Assembly (NCBI GenBank): GCA_028023455.1
Contig: JAQFVV010000010.1
Coordinates: 13,640,001-13,704,000, forward strand
Reading direction: 5' to 3'
DNA: 64,000 nucleotides
Origin: Epiperipatus broadwayi
Lineage: Eukaryota > Animalia > Onychophora
The notes beneath the pieces are model-generated. The model was not told the DNA's origin. It did no database searches and saw only the letters and a program-made list of their open reading frames with translations. Of this stretch, positions 13,425-28,165 are shown piece after piece (position 1 is the stretch's first letter; each line of letters opens with the position of its first letter). The translations under genes and the position numbers were made by a program.

Positions 13425-14081
13425 CAGATAAAATAAACATGATTGTTGAGATTATTTCTAAAACAAGTTTTTATTATCGATCATTGGACAAAAAAAATTT
13501 CCATTTTTGTGTTAATTTTTTTTTAGTAGCAATGATACAAAAAAATAGAAGCTGTTATTCATTTATAAAACTGAAAATTATTACAAATATTGAAATTGAA
13601 AACATTTATCATTTTGTTAAAGAAATTGTTTATGTAAACATTCTTTTAAAGTTGAAAATAAAATAGTTATTAGGATAAAAAGCAAGATGACATTTATTAT
13701 CCTTTTTTTTATTATTATTGAATATAAAATAAGCATTAACTCTGCAGGTTTTTTTTAATTCATAAGTTATTTTTTTCACATAAAATTACTTTTTGTTCTT
13801 ATTTAATCTATATCTTTATTTATGGTTTTATTACACTTGGATGCAAGTCAATATTATTACTACTTTAAGAGAATTTGCCCTAGTTAATTATGAATTTGAA
13901 TATCATTATTTTTCTGAAATCAATCAGTTGTGAAAAATTAAGATCTGAACATTTTTATTAAATGAGAAATTTTTAATGTGTTATTAAATTTTGCCATTTT
14001 TGTTTACATAAAATATATTTAGTTATCTACAGCTAGTTAAAGTTTGAAATTTACTGTTTTTTAAATTAATTATTATTGCAG

Positions 14082-14144
14082 GCTATAGCCAATGAATCTG
14101 GTGTAAATTTTATTTCTGTAAAAGGACCAGAACTTCTAAATATG
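14082..14144 (+). CDS. NVL: NVL coding exon
   Basis: ttgcag| [21 protein letters not shown] |gtaaga. Confidence 0.97.
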
Positions 14145-14149
14145 GTAAG

Positions 14150-14740
14150 ATTATTATTTTTGTTTAAAATATTTATTATGTCGATTTTTAGCTTCATCAT
14201 CATGATTTTCAACTATTATCAGTCCACTACAGAGTGAATGTTTTTCCGAGTTTAATTCCGTTTTTCTGACCCATAGTTTTTCTTCTCCAATATCACTACA
14301 GCAAATTTCAATTTTTCTAGGTCTTGTATAAATTCTTGTGATCCAATTTAACATTTTAACAATACATCTATTATCATCTTTTTTAACACATTGTTTAGAC
14401 CATCTCTATTTCATACTCTTTTAATTTTTTTTTTTTTATAACACCTGTTTATTCTCTTACCCACATATATCCCTATTGACAATTCACCATACTTCAGTAA
14501 GGATTCTGAAGTTTCTATTGCTTTGTAAGAACTAACTTCTATTAAAGCTTTTTAAAAATTATAATCTAATTTCCTTTTAGTATTAGATTATTTCTATCTA
14601 ATGCACTAACTCTATGATTAATTTCATCCATTTTGCTCTCACTATATTAATAATCTAATCAAGATATTTGTAGTTGTTAACTTCTAATTCATTATTATCA
14701 ATCTTTGTTTTGTATTCTGAAAACCAATCAAATTTATGTT
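14150..14740 (-). mobile_element. Second RTE LINE 3' fragment
   Basis: 14570-14700 aligns with 7245-7410 of the first RTE; degraded. Confidence 0.7.
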
Positions 14741-15911
14741 TTTTATAGTGTACTAGTCATAGATCTAATCTTATTAGATTATAAACTATTATCCAGCATA
14801 AAAGTTACAGGCTATCTTCTTTTACTATATATGTATTTTGGATATAACCTATAAACTCATCAGATATGTCAGAGATTTAAATACCCGATTTACAACTATC
14901 TGTAAAATCCCTGGCTTATTATTATTTAAATATAGAGCATATTATTGCAGTAATGCACTAAGAAAACATTTAAGAGAAATATACAAGTGCTTATATAGCT
15001 AAAAATAAATGAATAAAACAGATATTTGAAATATTTATTATTTTATTAAATTTACTCATAACATTAATCTTATTTTTTAATCTCTTGACCACTAGATAAA
15101 TATAAAGCTTGAAATTTTTTTTATTTAATTTTTTATTTTATCATATTTCAAAAGCTGCTGTGGTCCAAGAACCTTAGTTTGAATACTTCTGAGATATAGA
15201 ATGTAGCACTCTTAACATCTGTTATTTTGAATGTTAAATAATTTTCTAGTTTCAGTGCTACTACCGCTTTTACAAAATAGGTTCGTGATTCAATTCTCAA
15301 TTGAGAAAAGTAAAAAAAAAATATTTTAATTAATTAATGAAAATGTTATCACTTTAAATTCCTTTATAACGAGTTTTTTTTTTTTTTTTTGCTATGCTTT
15401 GGATATTGTATATAATATAAAATCAAATAATATTAGTATACTGTAATGCTCTCTTATTTTATATTATTATTCATGGTGACAGATGTACATTCTTCATTTA
15501 GGATCATAGATTGTTGAGGAATCTGTATACATTGCAAGCAGAGAATTAAGGAACTATATCTACGAGCTACGTTTTTTTAATTAAAAAGAAATGACATTTT
15601 TGTAAATGTTCAACTTCTGATATTTGAAAATATTGTGTACAAATAGTTATTATATTTATTTTCAATATTTATGATGACATCCAATAAAATGCCATATTGT
15701 AAAACTTTAAATATTTTTATTTTATTTCGTAGATTATTGTATTGATATTTATTAATTTATAGTAATTAATTTATTCACGGTCTATAAATAAACGTACGTA
15801 AAAATAGATTTATTTTTAAAAATAAATCTCCTTTTTTTTTAGTTGTTTTTTGTTGTTGTTGTTGTTGTTATTTATTTGATTGATTTTTTTTTTTTTTTTT
15901 TACGATCTCAG

Positions 15912-16034
15912 TATGTTGGTGAGAGTGAAAGAGCAGTTCGACAAGTCTTCCAGAGGGCGCAAAATTCTGCTCCTTGTGTCATATTTTTTGATGAACTAGA
16001 CGCACTTTGTCCAAACAGAATAAATAGTGCAGAA
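15912..16034 (+). CDS. NVL: NVL coding exon with D2 Walker B
   Basis: [41 protein letters not shown]; Walker B VIFFDE. Confidence 0.97.
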
Positions 16035-16569
16035 GTAATTATTTCTATTATTGTATTTATAATATTTAAACAAAATAAAATATAAATGTAATATTTTAAA
16101 TAAAGAAAAGATCAAAGTAGAAAGGAGTAAATAACAATAAAAAAAAAACTAATATGTTTTATTTTAAAAGCTTTCAAATCATTTAAAATTTTAAAAAGTG
16201 AACTTCATAAAACTACTTCTTTAAAGCCTTTAATTGAGTAATTAGAAATAATGAATAAGAATAATTTTTACTGAACTTTTCCAAATAATTTAAACATTTG
16301 CATATAAAGTTTAAAAAAAAAAAATGAATGATTGGCTGCTAGAAAGCAATATGACATTTGAGCATTGGAAATGATATGTTGACAGGATTTTTTATTCCAG
16401 ATAAGTAATTTTACTACTTTTAAACCACTAACAGCAAAACAGTAATGTATATATTTGTATTACTTTTTATAATAAATGAATACAAACCAGTCCTAGAATA
16501 TTTCAACAGCATTATTTGGATTTAGAAACAAAAAATTTGGATCAAGCAACATAGATAAATAGATTCCTT

Positions 16570-18109
16570 GGTATTTGTAAAGTATTAACTGTGCAGCCTT
16601 TGGTGGCGCTGTTTCTAGTTAAAAACAGAGCGATATAACATTACCAGGCCGCTAGATTTTTTTTTTTTTCTCTAATAGATCGTATTTTGACATACGGCTG
16701 TAATTTTTTTTCTTTTTAATATATTGTTGTTGTTGTTGTTTTTTGGACATAATTATTTTATTTTTGTTTTCATTTGATAAATTTAAAACTATAATGGACA
16801 CTTTGACTTTTTTTTTTTGGATCTCAAAAGTACATAATTTTTGACATACGCCTTTTTTTTATTTTTTTTTTGGATTTCCATTCTAAATCTACTGTTTCTT
16901 TTTTACAGATATCTTTTTTTTTTTTGGTTTGGATTCGATACATTTAAAAGTATAAGGGACAGTTTTAACTCTTTTTTTGGAATATCTCAAATATACACAA
17001 TTTGCTTTACATATGACTTTTTTTTTTTTTTTGCTTTTAATATACTGGTTTTTTTTTTTAAGTAGACGTCTTTTTTTTTGTTATTTAAAATTAGAATCGA
17101 CACTTTCTTTTTGAATTTGTTAAAAATGCGGGGGTTTGCTGTTAATTGATTTAGCAAACAAAAAAAAGTCAAAGCTGTCCAACGAACTCCGCGTCAGATG
17201 TCCGTATTTGCTTATAAACGAAAAGAATTGTTTGGTATTTTGACTAATATATCCATCAAGATAGTCGATTCTCTTCTGACTGAAAGAAGCGTAAAGTTGT
17301 CGATTGATTTGAGAAGAATACGAAGCTGTCCGACCAACTCCGCCACACTCGACTTCGGCTGCTACCCTTTGAACACTGACATTCTGGGTGTTAATTAATC
17401 GACTTACAGATCAAAAGAATCACAAACAAAACACAGATTCTTTTAAATCAAATAAATTTTATTCACCACGTATGACTAAACCGAATCAACTGCGTCATCT
17501 TTTTCTCGCTTTTTTCGGACACCCCCCGATTGCAATAACGTGGTAGCCATTTTGTTCTTCTTTTGTTACTCTCGTCCGAGTCGCGACAGAAAAGGTACTT
17601 TTTCGCCAACAACTACAATCGTCTGACAGAGACGTTGACATACTTTTTTTGGGTTCCAAATAACAACTAACACCAAAAAAAAAAAGCTCGGACAAATCTC
17701 AAGAATACACTGATAATTACTAGTAGACCAAAAGATCTCAGTTGGGAAATATAGAAAATCATAAACATCAATAAACAAACAGTTGCAAACCATTCCAGTG
17801 CACACACCCTCAGATTAAATTCAAGCCAGAATACAAATTTGATCCCTATGTGTAGGAATTCACGCCGCGATGAAATAAGCGGCAAACTAGACGATCATCT
17901 AGTGTTGTTACTTTAGACGTACGGTTAAGACTGCGGAAGTAATTGGCCGCGGATTCTAACCACTACATCTATTGTCTCTTGTTAAGCGGCTAATACGATC
18001 GCTAGTCGTGTATTAGCCGTAAGGTTTGGCCGCGAAAGCGGTATTATTGTGTGTTTTTACACAAAAACAGCGCCACCATAGGCTGTACAGTAAATAGTTT
18101 ACAAATACC
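16570..18109. mobile_element. Non-autonomous DNA transposon (1540 bp), Merlin-like
   Basis: About 45-bp imperfect TIRs beginning GGTATTTGTAAA; 8-bp TSD gattcctt/cattcctt (7 of 8 match); internal ~150-bp repeat; CpG-rich; no transposase recognised. Confidence 0.75.
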
Positions 18110-19751
18110 CATTCCTTTTACCTATTAAATTGCAAGTTGATGAGTATATTGACTTCAAGACTATTCTGATTATAAGCAATTTAAATAAGTGTAGATCTTA
18201 AAAGTTATTAGACTAACATATTTCATATTCTGTATACAAAGCACAATTAATAATTTACACTTTGAAAAAATTCCATAAATCAAGGAATGCACAACACTAG
18301 TTCAAAACCCCAATATAGTAAATGAGTACAAACCAATGCTAGAACAGCGCTACATGTATTAAGAAGCGTAGTCTGAATTGAACAAGATAGGTAAAAGGAA
18401 TTCTCTTACCTATTAAGTTACAAATTGATAATCGACTTGGTATTTTTAAATGTGGATAACATTGTTGAAATATTCTATTATTTGTTTGTATTCATTCACT
18501 ATATTTGAATTTCAACTAGAGGTATGCATTCATCATTTATATAATACAGAAATCATATCTTCAAAAAATGATCTTTTTTTATATTCCTATATTGAAATCT
18601 GTTTTGTAGGATTAATATTATATAATAGAGGCTAAAAGAAAGAATATCTAAAAGCAAACACTATTTATGACCCTATAGGATGTGCTTAATATTTAGTCAA
18701 CATCAGCTTCAAAAAAAGATTATAATATTGTAACAATTTTTTTCCTCTTTTATAATGTTTGTTAGTTTTATATGTAGGAAAGATTATAGAAATGAAATGA
18801 CTAGTATAAAAGCTGCAAGTAAGTAAAATATATCAAATTTGGCTTTGTTAAATTGTGGCAACTTATTTGTAATTACAATTACTAAGATGCTAATTAATTT
18901 TATTGCATGGTTTCTGAAAATAATTTTCTTGATACAGAGTTGATATACAATAGTTAATAAGTTTTGATATAAAAGTTAATAGTAAGAATGCCCTTTTATA
19001 GATAAGATATTGCTTGTTTCTGTAAGGTGGATAATCAATTCTTGTAAAAATCTGATAGCCAACAGATTACTAAAAGAGGATTAAATAGAACCAATGCTAA
19101 TAATATTAAGCACATTTTATGATCCTTGATAAGCATAAAGGGAACATTATTTGGATTAAGTATTTCAAATATTGAATATAGGAATCACAGCATTGTAGTT
19201 AAGCAAATAGCTGGAATTTTTAGAAGAAAAGAAATGATCATAATCTATTAATAATTACATAATTATGTACAAGATGATCTTTCTGGGTTTATTCCAGTAC
19301 TTCAGATATATATTATTTCATTTCTCTGCATTACTCCAGAAACTTTCTTAATTATCCTTCTTATTGATGATATTATGGGTTATTTTGTTTGTTTTTTTCT
19401 TATATTTTTTTAGTGAATAATTAATAATTGTCATTACTATATGTATCTAAAGTGGATGGTATCAAAGATGTGGGTTGAGTTAATTTGACACTTGTAATTT
19501 ATTACTATATAATTTTCATATCCATAAGTAAGCATTGGTAAATATAGTTATTAAATCTTTTGCAAGCCAATCTGTGATTTCAATTATCTATTTATAATCA
19601 TCTCTTGTAACAACATGCTAACCCATCTTTATTCCCGATTCTTAATTCTTACAGTGAAGCCAGTAATGCAGATTTGTTTTTTATCCACATATTTCATTTG
19701 ATCTTTTTAACATACATCTTTTCAGGGTTTTTTTTTTTGCATTGTATATAA

Positions 19752-22420
19752 CAGCGCTTCTCAAACTATTTCTTTGAACAACAGTTTCTGCAAAAAAAAT
19801 GAATGTGTACCATGAAAAATTATGAAGGTTAATAAATAATCAATCAAAATATAAATATTAATATAAGCCTCATGATTTTAAATATTGCACCAAATTGAAA
19901 TATGATGAAATGCGCTAGTGGGGCAATCTACGTGTGCCCAACTCTGGCTGTGACATCAACAGTTGTTAATAATCTATCAGAGTAAGCAGGTGTTGACTTT
20001 GCCAGTTGAACAAATATTATTCATGACAATACTTATTTATTAAATGCATCATTGTATTATTTTGCTTAATATGTAAGTTTATTTATTATAAGCCTCTATT
20101 AGTACTTTTGACTTTTATTATAATAGATTTGAATTGACTCCCGTAAATTTTGTAACTGAACTTTTTATTATTATTATTATTTTTAAATAATTATAAATTA
20201 TTTCTTATTGTAGTTACATTACATATTTATTTTTATTATAGATTTGAATTGTTTTATGTATTACAATCTTGTCTATTTTGCAATCTTTTAATTTTTGTTT
20301 CTAAAACATTTTCTCAATTTATTTTTATTATAATTGCCTTTACATTATAGAATACTTTTCTTTCATGTTTACTTTTGTGTGTTGCAGTCTTTTTTTATAA
20401 TACTTTTTTGTTTCTATGACTAATATCAGAATTTAAATATTCTTCAAAAATTTTCCATGGATTCTTGGTTAAAGAGAGGGATTTTAAAACAAAGATGGGC
20501 AAGTACTTCTTTTGAGACATCTATGATTCGAGGAGAAACTATGATTTCTTCAAAATTTAACATTTAAAAGCAACATCATCTAAGAGCATATCAAAGCAAA
20601 TACACGAAAGTTATTTAATTTGTGGATTTACATATATTGGCAATGCAAATGTTCTTACTGCATTGTCTGTTTTATGTAATAAAATACTAGCACACAGTTC
20701 ATTGGTTCCAATTAGACTCTAAAGGCACTAAAAAACAAAATTTGCTGATTACAAAGAGATGGCATGATCTGTTATAAGAATCTAATCTTCAAATTATTAC
20801 AATTGCTGAAAATGAAAGTTTTTTTTGCTTGAGGTACTGCATTGCACTTAATGGTGTAGCTCATACAATTGGAGAAACATTATATAGGCCTGTGCGAAAG
20901 ACATTGTATCATGCATATTAAACGATGAGTCTGCTAAAAAATTAGATACATTACAATTATCAAATGATGCTGTTTATGCTGCTTCAAAGATCTTTCTGCT
21001 GTCATAGAAGAGCTAATTCATCAACTTAAGCTTTGCAGTGAATGTGTATTACGAATTGAGTCTGCAGATATAGCAGAACTCATTGTAAATCTTTGTTGTG
21101 TGTTTGGGTTTGGATGTCATTTAGACGGCTATCCCTGATATCTGATTGGCTGTCGGTTAAGTATTTAACGAGCGCTAGAGATTTGGCAGTATCTCGATTT
21201 ATTTCAATTGTATTACTAGTATTTTTTGGTTATATATTTGGTAATAGAATTGAATAAGATTTTCTCATATGAATATCAACAAGAAAGCTACTGAAGAAGA
21301 TATTTTCAACTGTATTTATAATTGCATTAAATAACAGGAAATCAATTGGGCGAAGTGCATCGATATTTGTACAGATGATGCTCAAGAAATGGTAGGAAAG
21401 ATGGAATTGTAACATTCTGCAAATAGCTATAAAAGCTACAAATAGGTACGGTGCTTTACATAGGCGAGCACTAGTAACAAATAAATTTTTATCATACTTA
21501 AAAACTTTGGGATGAAGTCATAAAAATTATCAACTATGTAAAATCTTGACTCCTTCAATCCAGATTATTTAAAATTTTGTGTGATAAATGAGTAGTGAAT
21601 ATACTGCACTTTTATTATATACTGAAATGAAATTGTTATCCAGAGGAAAAGTACTATTGAGACTTTATAGTGAATTGGTGGAGAGGGGTGGTGGGTTATG
21701 TCAAATTATTTAAGATAAATTTCATTGAACTTTTAACACATCCTTCATAGTTGATGAGGCTTGAATATTTGACAGATATTTTTACTAATTGCTATGAAAT
21801 TAAGTTATCATTACAAGCAAAGAATATTACAATTTTTAATGCAAGAAATAAAATTGTCTTTTGGTAGGAAGTTACAAATCTGGATTTCTATATAGTTGAA
21901 CGGAATAATGCTGATTATTTTTCTAATTTACATGAATTTTTAACTGAAGTAAATTCTAAAGTAGATGATGAAGTTTCCAATGTAATTTTATTATACTTTT
22001 ATGACTTATAATCAAGCCTTTTGCAATATTTTCCAAAATTTGTTGAGGACAATTCCTGGGTTTGGAATTCATTTAGTGATATGAAAGTCAATAGGCTTCA
22101 ATGCAAGTGATTATGAAAATGTAATTGATTTAATTATTGACTGGTTTAAAACAAAAATACGAGGAACTGCCATTAAATGATTTCTGGCCAACTTTAACAG
22201 AAGAGTACTCCAATGTGTCAAAATTAGTTATTCAAGTTTTGTTTCTTTTTACAGTGATATATTTATGCAAGGTGGATTTTTATATTATGCTGTAACCAAA
22301 TCATAGTACAGGAACAGTCTTGAAGCTATATCGAATATGAGGATTCACTTTTATAATATTGTGCCTGATATCAAAAGAATTTGTAAAGTTATTAAGAATG
22401 TAATTTTAATTTCTTTTATT
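19752..22420 (+). mobile_element. hAT (Buster/Charlie-type) transposon with pseudogenised transposase
   Basis: Left TIR cagcgcttctcaaac. Motifs ESYL.CGFTYIG, AHTIGETL, LSND.V, W.KC.DICTD, LLLYTE..LLSRGKVL and FW....EY in order. Right TIR not found. Confidence 0.85.
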
Positions 22421-23239
22421 ATTTTCATGGGTTTTGTTTTGCATAATTAAAATTTGAGAATAAATGTTTATGTGTTTATTATTAATATCTACTTACCCTA
22501 ACCCTTCACTTGTACCCAAATAAAGTCATCATCGAATGGCAGCCTGGGTCCACATGGGATTCTTATTATTCTTTATCTTTGACTGCCAACTGCTGCCTTG
22601 GTTGGCGATTTTAGAACCTCCTGGGAATAAGGCCATAATTTAATTCTGTCTGTTATAATTGTAAATATCTCTTAAGATCTTAAACTCAGAGGTAAAAAGT
22701 CAATATACTCACCATGCTGGGTGATGCGTGTTGATGATGCATCCATGTTCATTTATTATATGAATAATTATATAATAAAACAGTTGCTGTGACAAGAACA
22801 TATTGAGTGGAGACTAGGAATTTGCCTTTCTCAGTTCCTTTAAAATCTCAAATAGAAATCAAAGGGTCTTCTTTCTGCTCTACTTTATCTTACTGATATA
22901 TTAATAATTTTAATACAAATATTTTTAATTATACTTGAAAGAAAATAATAAAATTTACCATGTTGTACAATTTATTCAGGATACAAGACAAAATTCTTTA
23001 TAAACTATTATAACTATCTACTTTATACTGTATTATTTTGTTGATTCATTTTAAAAATTGTTTCCATGGAACAAAGTACTGAATAGATTATTACTTATGC
23101 CATTATACTATCATATCATAGTGGCAAGCATACTGTATGGATTTGTTTGTACTTGCATATGACAAAGAAGTGTTATTGCAAAAAAAAAAACATTATCAGA
23201 GAAAAACATTGAATAATTGCTTAATTTTATTATTTGTCT

Positions 23240-24250
23240 TAAAAAAAGTTAATATATTAATGCTAATGCATTATATATTTCTTTAACTGTAAGTTTGTGA
23301 CTTCTTTCCTTATATTGATTCCATGTAATGAATGAAAGGCAACTGATTTGATATGGAATGTTACAAATGCCTTGAAATTTTTTATTCTTGAAGCATGGAA
23401 ATATTTCACCAGTTTTTTTTATAAGAGCATTACAAATATATAGAGATATTGTTTCTAGTGAAAACATTATTAGTGATATCTAAATTAGAACTAAAGCATT
23501 TTAAGTCCTGAATTACCAATGTTTTTTTTCTTGTTGCATGATGTAACTTCATTAACATTATTGTCAAATAATATCTTTTTAGTCTGTGCAAACCTCAATG
23601 TATGTGATTACCATCAGAAAAGTTTTTAATTATGTACCTAAAAACGTTTTAGCTATAGAAAATAAATGAACTATTGTTAAATGTGCATTTATTTTCTGTA
23701 TGTTCTGTTTGATGATGAACCATCTTTATTTCTTTTAACTAATACATCGAGAAAGAAAGTTGTTTATTGTTCTCTATTTCCATAATGAACTTGATGTCAT
23801 TGTAACGTGGGTTCAAAAAATTAAGAAAATTTTCAAGAATGTTCCTATTATGGGATTAAATAAATGGGTTAATATACCATAGTCAAAACTTTTTTAGATA
23901 GAACTAATTTTAATGAAGTGCCTATTCTGATGAAAATTGACAATAGGGCCAGAGATTATTAGAGGTGCTATGGGTACCTTTTTAAAGTCTCATCGATGTG
24001 AATTTAATAAATTAAATGTTATTTGGAAAAAATTTCTAGAAAAGGTCTAATCCTCAACTGGCAAAAATAAATTGTTATATTTTGATTTACAAATATCAAA
24101 TTACCCCACCCACAATGTTGATTCCATCCCCTCCAGATAAATAATGATTGTCACTAATCATTTACTAAACTAGAGATTGTCTCTATCCAGATATAAACTT
24201 TAAACCTTAGATAAAGATTAACATATTTGATTTTTAAATTAAACATACGC
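23240..24250 (-). mobile_element. Degenerate Penelope-like element (RT thumb plus GIY-YIG)
   Basis: Minus strand IKFIMEIENNKQLSF.DVLVKRNKDG...TYRK, and GICNIPYQISC in ORF 23249-23467. Confidence 0.7.
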
Positions 24251-25073
24251 ATGGAGTTATTCATGTTTCTCTTTCCTGTGTGTATCTTTATTCCTATGAT
24301 TTGAAAAGAATGAGTGTTTGGTGTGAAGGTTGTTTAAAAATAAAAACACACATTCTTGTAATGTAAGAAAGCAAGATCTCAGAAGGTTACAATGACACTG
24401 AAATGTTTATCCAAATAGTTTTTAGCCATACATACAGCTTAATACTAATCTTGGCGATAGTTAAGATAATCTCTGATACTAATTTAAAGAGAAATACTGA
24501 AATCTAAAATCATAATAACTAGCAATGCAGTCACAAATATTATCTGCTAATTGTTAATTAAACTTGGTTATTTATATATGCATTAGGTGGTGGGTACATT
24601 ATTCTGGAACTTAGATGTCAGCATTTTTACAAATGTTGCCTCATGGATTCAATAATTTAGTTTCTGCCAATGGATTGTCTTTCATCTCTAGATATTGTAA
24701 TAACTAATATTAATGGCAAATGGAGTGACTAAGAAGATAGTTCAGACTTTTTAGAGAATTTTTAGATAAATACTTTAAAGACTCAGAGCTTTAAAAATTA
24801 TACCATGTTATGATATAAGCAATTACAGTATATAATATCTAGGAAATCTTCAGTAGAAATGTTTTCAGATGCCATTTATTACATCAGAAATATCATAGTG
24901 ATCTGTCAGATAAGTGTGACAATATGCACAATTTTGATCATGCCTACATGAAGTTGTTCCAAGGATAGGGCTTTTTTTTGTTCACTATATTGCAATTCTT
25001 GAAGCTGCTAATATATTTTTCAAATTATGATTGATTCCTACATGTGGGAGAAAATTAGTTTTTACTAAAAGTT

Positions 25074-25773
25074 ATATATTTAAATACAAGTATAGTGTAT
25101 ATACTTAAGTTAGATGTAATTAATGGGGACTTGAACACAGATTTTCAAGCTCCCTTTAGTCATTCACTCCATCTTATATAACCGATACACATGACCATAC
25201 ATATGTGAAAAAGATAAATAATCTCCAATACAAACTTAAAGTTTGCAGATTTGCTATCTTAATATAAACCGAGCACTGATTATATATATATATGTTCAAA
25301 TCCTCTTTAATTATATCTAGCTTAAGTATATATACTTGTATTTAAATATTATATATTCAGCATGTATGTTGCCCATCCTTCTTGTGTGTATCTAAATGGA
25401 CATTAAGGTCCTACATTTGAGAGTCAGAGTGACTTAAGGTCAACATGGGTATGACTATAAGATTGGCATCAACAAGAGCCTTTGAGCATTCCATCATCAG
25501 ATTATCTGTGATATGGATGGCTGGAGAGTGGAGAGGTTTGAAGCTTGTCCATTAAAGGGTGTAGATTTGTTATCTTAATATAAACCAAACACTAATTATA
25601 TATGCACATGAGAGATGATAGTCTAGACCAACTGATGAGTGCTAGTTCAACATGAAATACATATATTGAAAATCATTTATCTTTTTCACATGTTTGTGGT
25701 TATGTGTATCAGTTATATAAGACAGTGGATGACTGAAGGAAACTTGAAAGTCTGTGTTCAAATCCCCTTTAAT
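25074..25773 (+). mobile_element. Family H hammerhead-bearing element: inverted 5' piece plus a 462-bp-period unit
   Basis: TSD taaaagtt at 25066-73 and 25774-81. tgttcaaatcc is repeated at 25293 and 25755. About 115 bp of 25118-25235 is inverted relative to 25660-25774. Homologous to 60229-60740. Confidence 0.85.
25626..25670 (+). ncRNA. Minimal type-I hammerhead motif (family H)
   Basis: gaccaa CTGATGA gtgctagttcaacat GAAA tacata TA ttg. Confidence 0.65.
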
Positions 25774-26133
25774 TAAAAGTTTTGTAAATTGATTGTTGTT
25801 GTTTTTTAATATTATTGGTTTATAAAAAAGTCAAGCCTGAGATGATTATGAAAGAAACTTTTGGAGGTTTGTAAAATAAATATTTTGAACAGAATACAGA
25901 AGATTTATTAACATCTTTTTTGATTTTTCTGTATGAATGGTTAGCACTGATATTTTGACTGAATCTCACCTGCCATCATTGTTTAATATGGGTGCTTTAG
26001 TTGTTGCTAGAAAGATTAGTTATAGAAATCACCGAAGATCATTAGTTGTATAATTTTTAGTTGTTAATTATTTTATTCGATGTGAATTTTATTTGGGAGG
26101 GGGAGAGCAGATGTAAACTATTCATATTTTTAG

Positions 26134-26349
<216 letters not shown>

Positions 26350-26601
26350 TAAATAATGTAGTGGGTTTTTTTAATTTATTTTAAAATAATTGATAATTGA
26401 ATACTTGGCAGTACTGCATTTTAAAGGTGTTAACATTAATTTTTTATCTTTTTAATGCTTTTTATCTCGTAGTCAATATTTAAAACTTATTTTGTATTAT
26501 AATATCAGCTAAATAAAATTTTATATTAAATTTCTTTTGCTTAGTTTTAAAGAAAATTAAACATTTAATAGCAAAAAAGACATTGTTTTGCTTAAAAGTT
26601 A

Positions 26602-26665
26602 GTGTTCAAATCCTCTTTAATTACATCTAGCTTAAGTATATACACCATACTTATATTCAAATATT
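26602..26665 (+). mobile_element. Family H terminal fragment
   Basis: gtgttcaaatcctctttaattacatctagcttaagtata matches 25293-25350. Confidence 0.75.
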
Positions 26666-27378
26666 AAATCTGTTTAGCAAATGAAAGATATCTTTCTTTT
26701 TTTTATTTAAACTTTCATTAAATTTTTATTTGCTCTATGATTTTATTTTAGAATTTTAAATGTAGTTTTTGCATTTAGATGATTACTGAATATTTTTTAC
26801 CAAAAATTCTTATAATCCCTACCTCCTTTGTCCAGTTTTAAATCTATTTTGACATTTGTGTGCATGTGAGCAAATTTTTTCTTTTTTTTTTTTAGTTTAA
26901 GCATTGTGAAATAATGTATTTTGTAAAATATCTTCTTGAAATTTCTACTTCGTGAAATAGATTTTATCATATTGTTCTACAAATGATCATAAGACAGGAA
27001 GAATAATGGACTTCCTGTACATTAAAAATATTTATATAAATATAATAAGACAAGTCAAATTCTTTGGAATGATTTAATAGTGGTGCTTATTTTAAATAAA
27101 AAAATAAAAATATTTATTTAAAATTTTGACATGTATAGCGTTATTACAGGTTACGATTTGTTTTAAAATAAAATTGACACATAATTACTTTTATTTCTTT
27201 TATTAGTATGTTTTCAGTTATAGGTTTATTTATCATAATATTTTATGATTTTAATTTTAAATGTATTTTTTAAAATCATTTTAAAAAAGAAGACCACTAT
27301 TAACAAATAAATCATCTAAAGTTTCACTATATGTCTGTACTATATATATGTAATAAAGCTTCTTATTGTATATTATAA

Positions 27379-27513
<135 letters not shown>

Positions 27514-27586
27514 TAATGTGCAAATAATTATTTGTAATTTAATTACCATATGTATATGCATATAATGTTTATATATATTTATACAG

Positions 27587-27663
27587 AATGGTACCAAACC
27601 ACTAATGGCAAAAGATGTCCAACTTAATAAAATTGCAAGTGATAATAGATGTGATGGTTTTTC
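27587..27663 (+). CDS. NVL: NVL coding exon
   Basis: atacag| NGTKPLMAKDVQLNKIASDNRCDGF(S) |gtaagt; NGTKP is an NVL-type motif. Confidence 0.95.
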
Positions 27664-27768
27664 GTAAGTATTTTCATTTTTTTTTTTTTTTTCTTCAAAA
27701 TTTTTTTTATTATTTTAATTTTAAATCCGTAATATGCATTCAGACATCATTGTAAAAAAAGTAATATA

Positions 27769-28165
27769 CGAGTTCTGATAATTTTTTGCAAACTTGCCAC
27801 CCTGCGATTCCATTGGCAGTACTGTACAAATAACTCGAGATTTCATAACCTTGTATATCAGTATTTCACAGCTGTGTCCATGTCAGTATGTGGCAGACTT
27901 GCCGAATGATGTTTATTATGTTTCATATTTTTGTGCACTCTTGCAATAATGTTGAATCTTGAATTAGAGCAATTTTAAATTTCTTGTTAAAGTTGGTAAA
28001 AGTGGAAGGAAATCGGAGGTATGTTAGATGAAGTTTATGAGGATAATGTCATGAAGAAAATAGCAGTGTACAAATGAATTAAACGTTTTTCTGAGGGCGG
28101 AGAAAGCTTCACTGATGAAGAGAGTTCAGGGAAGCCGGTAATGAACATAACTGACAAAAACATAG
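27769..28165 (+). mobile_element. Mariner transposon 5' fragment
   Basis: TA|CGAG terminus; HTH N-terminus FLVKVGKSG...EVYEDNVMKKIAVYK*IKRFSEGGESFTDEESSGKP. Confidence 0.85.
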
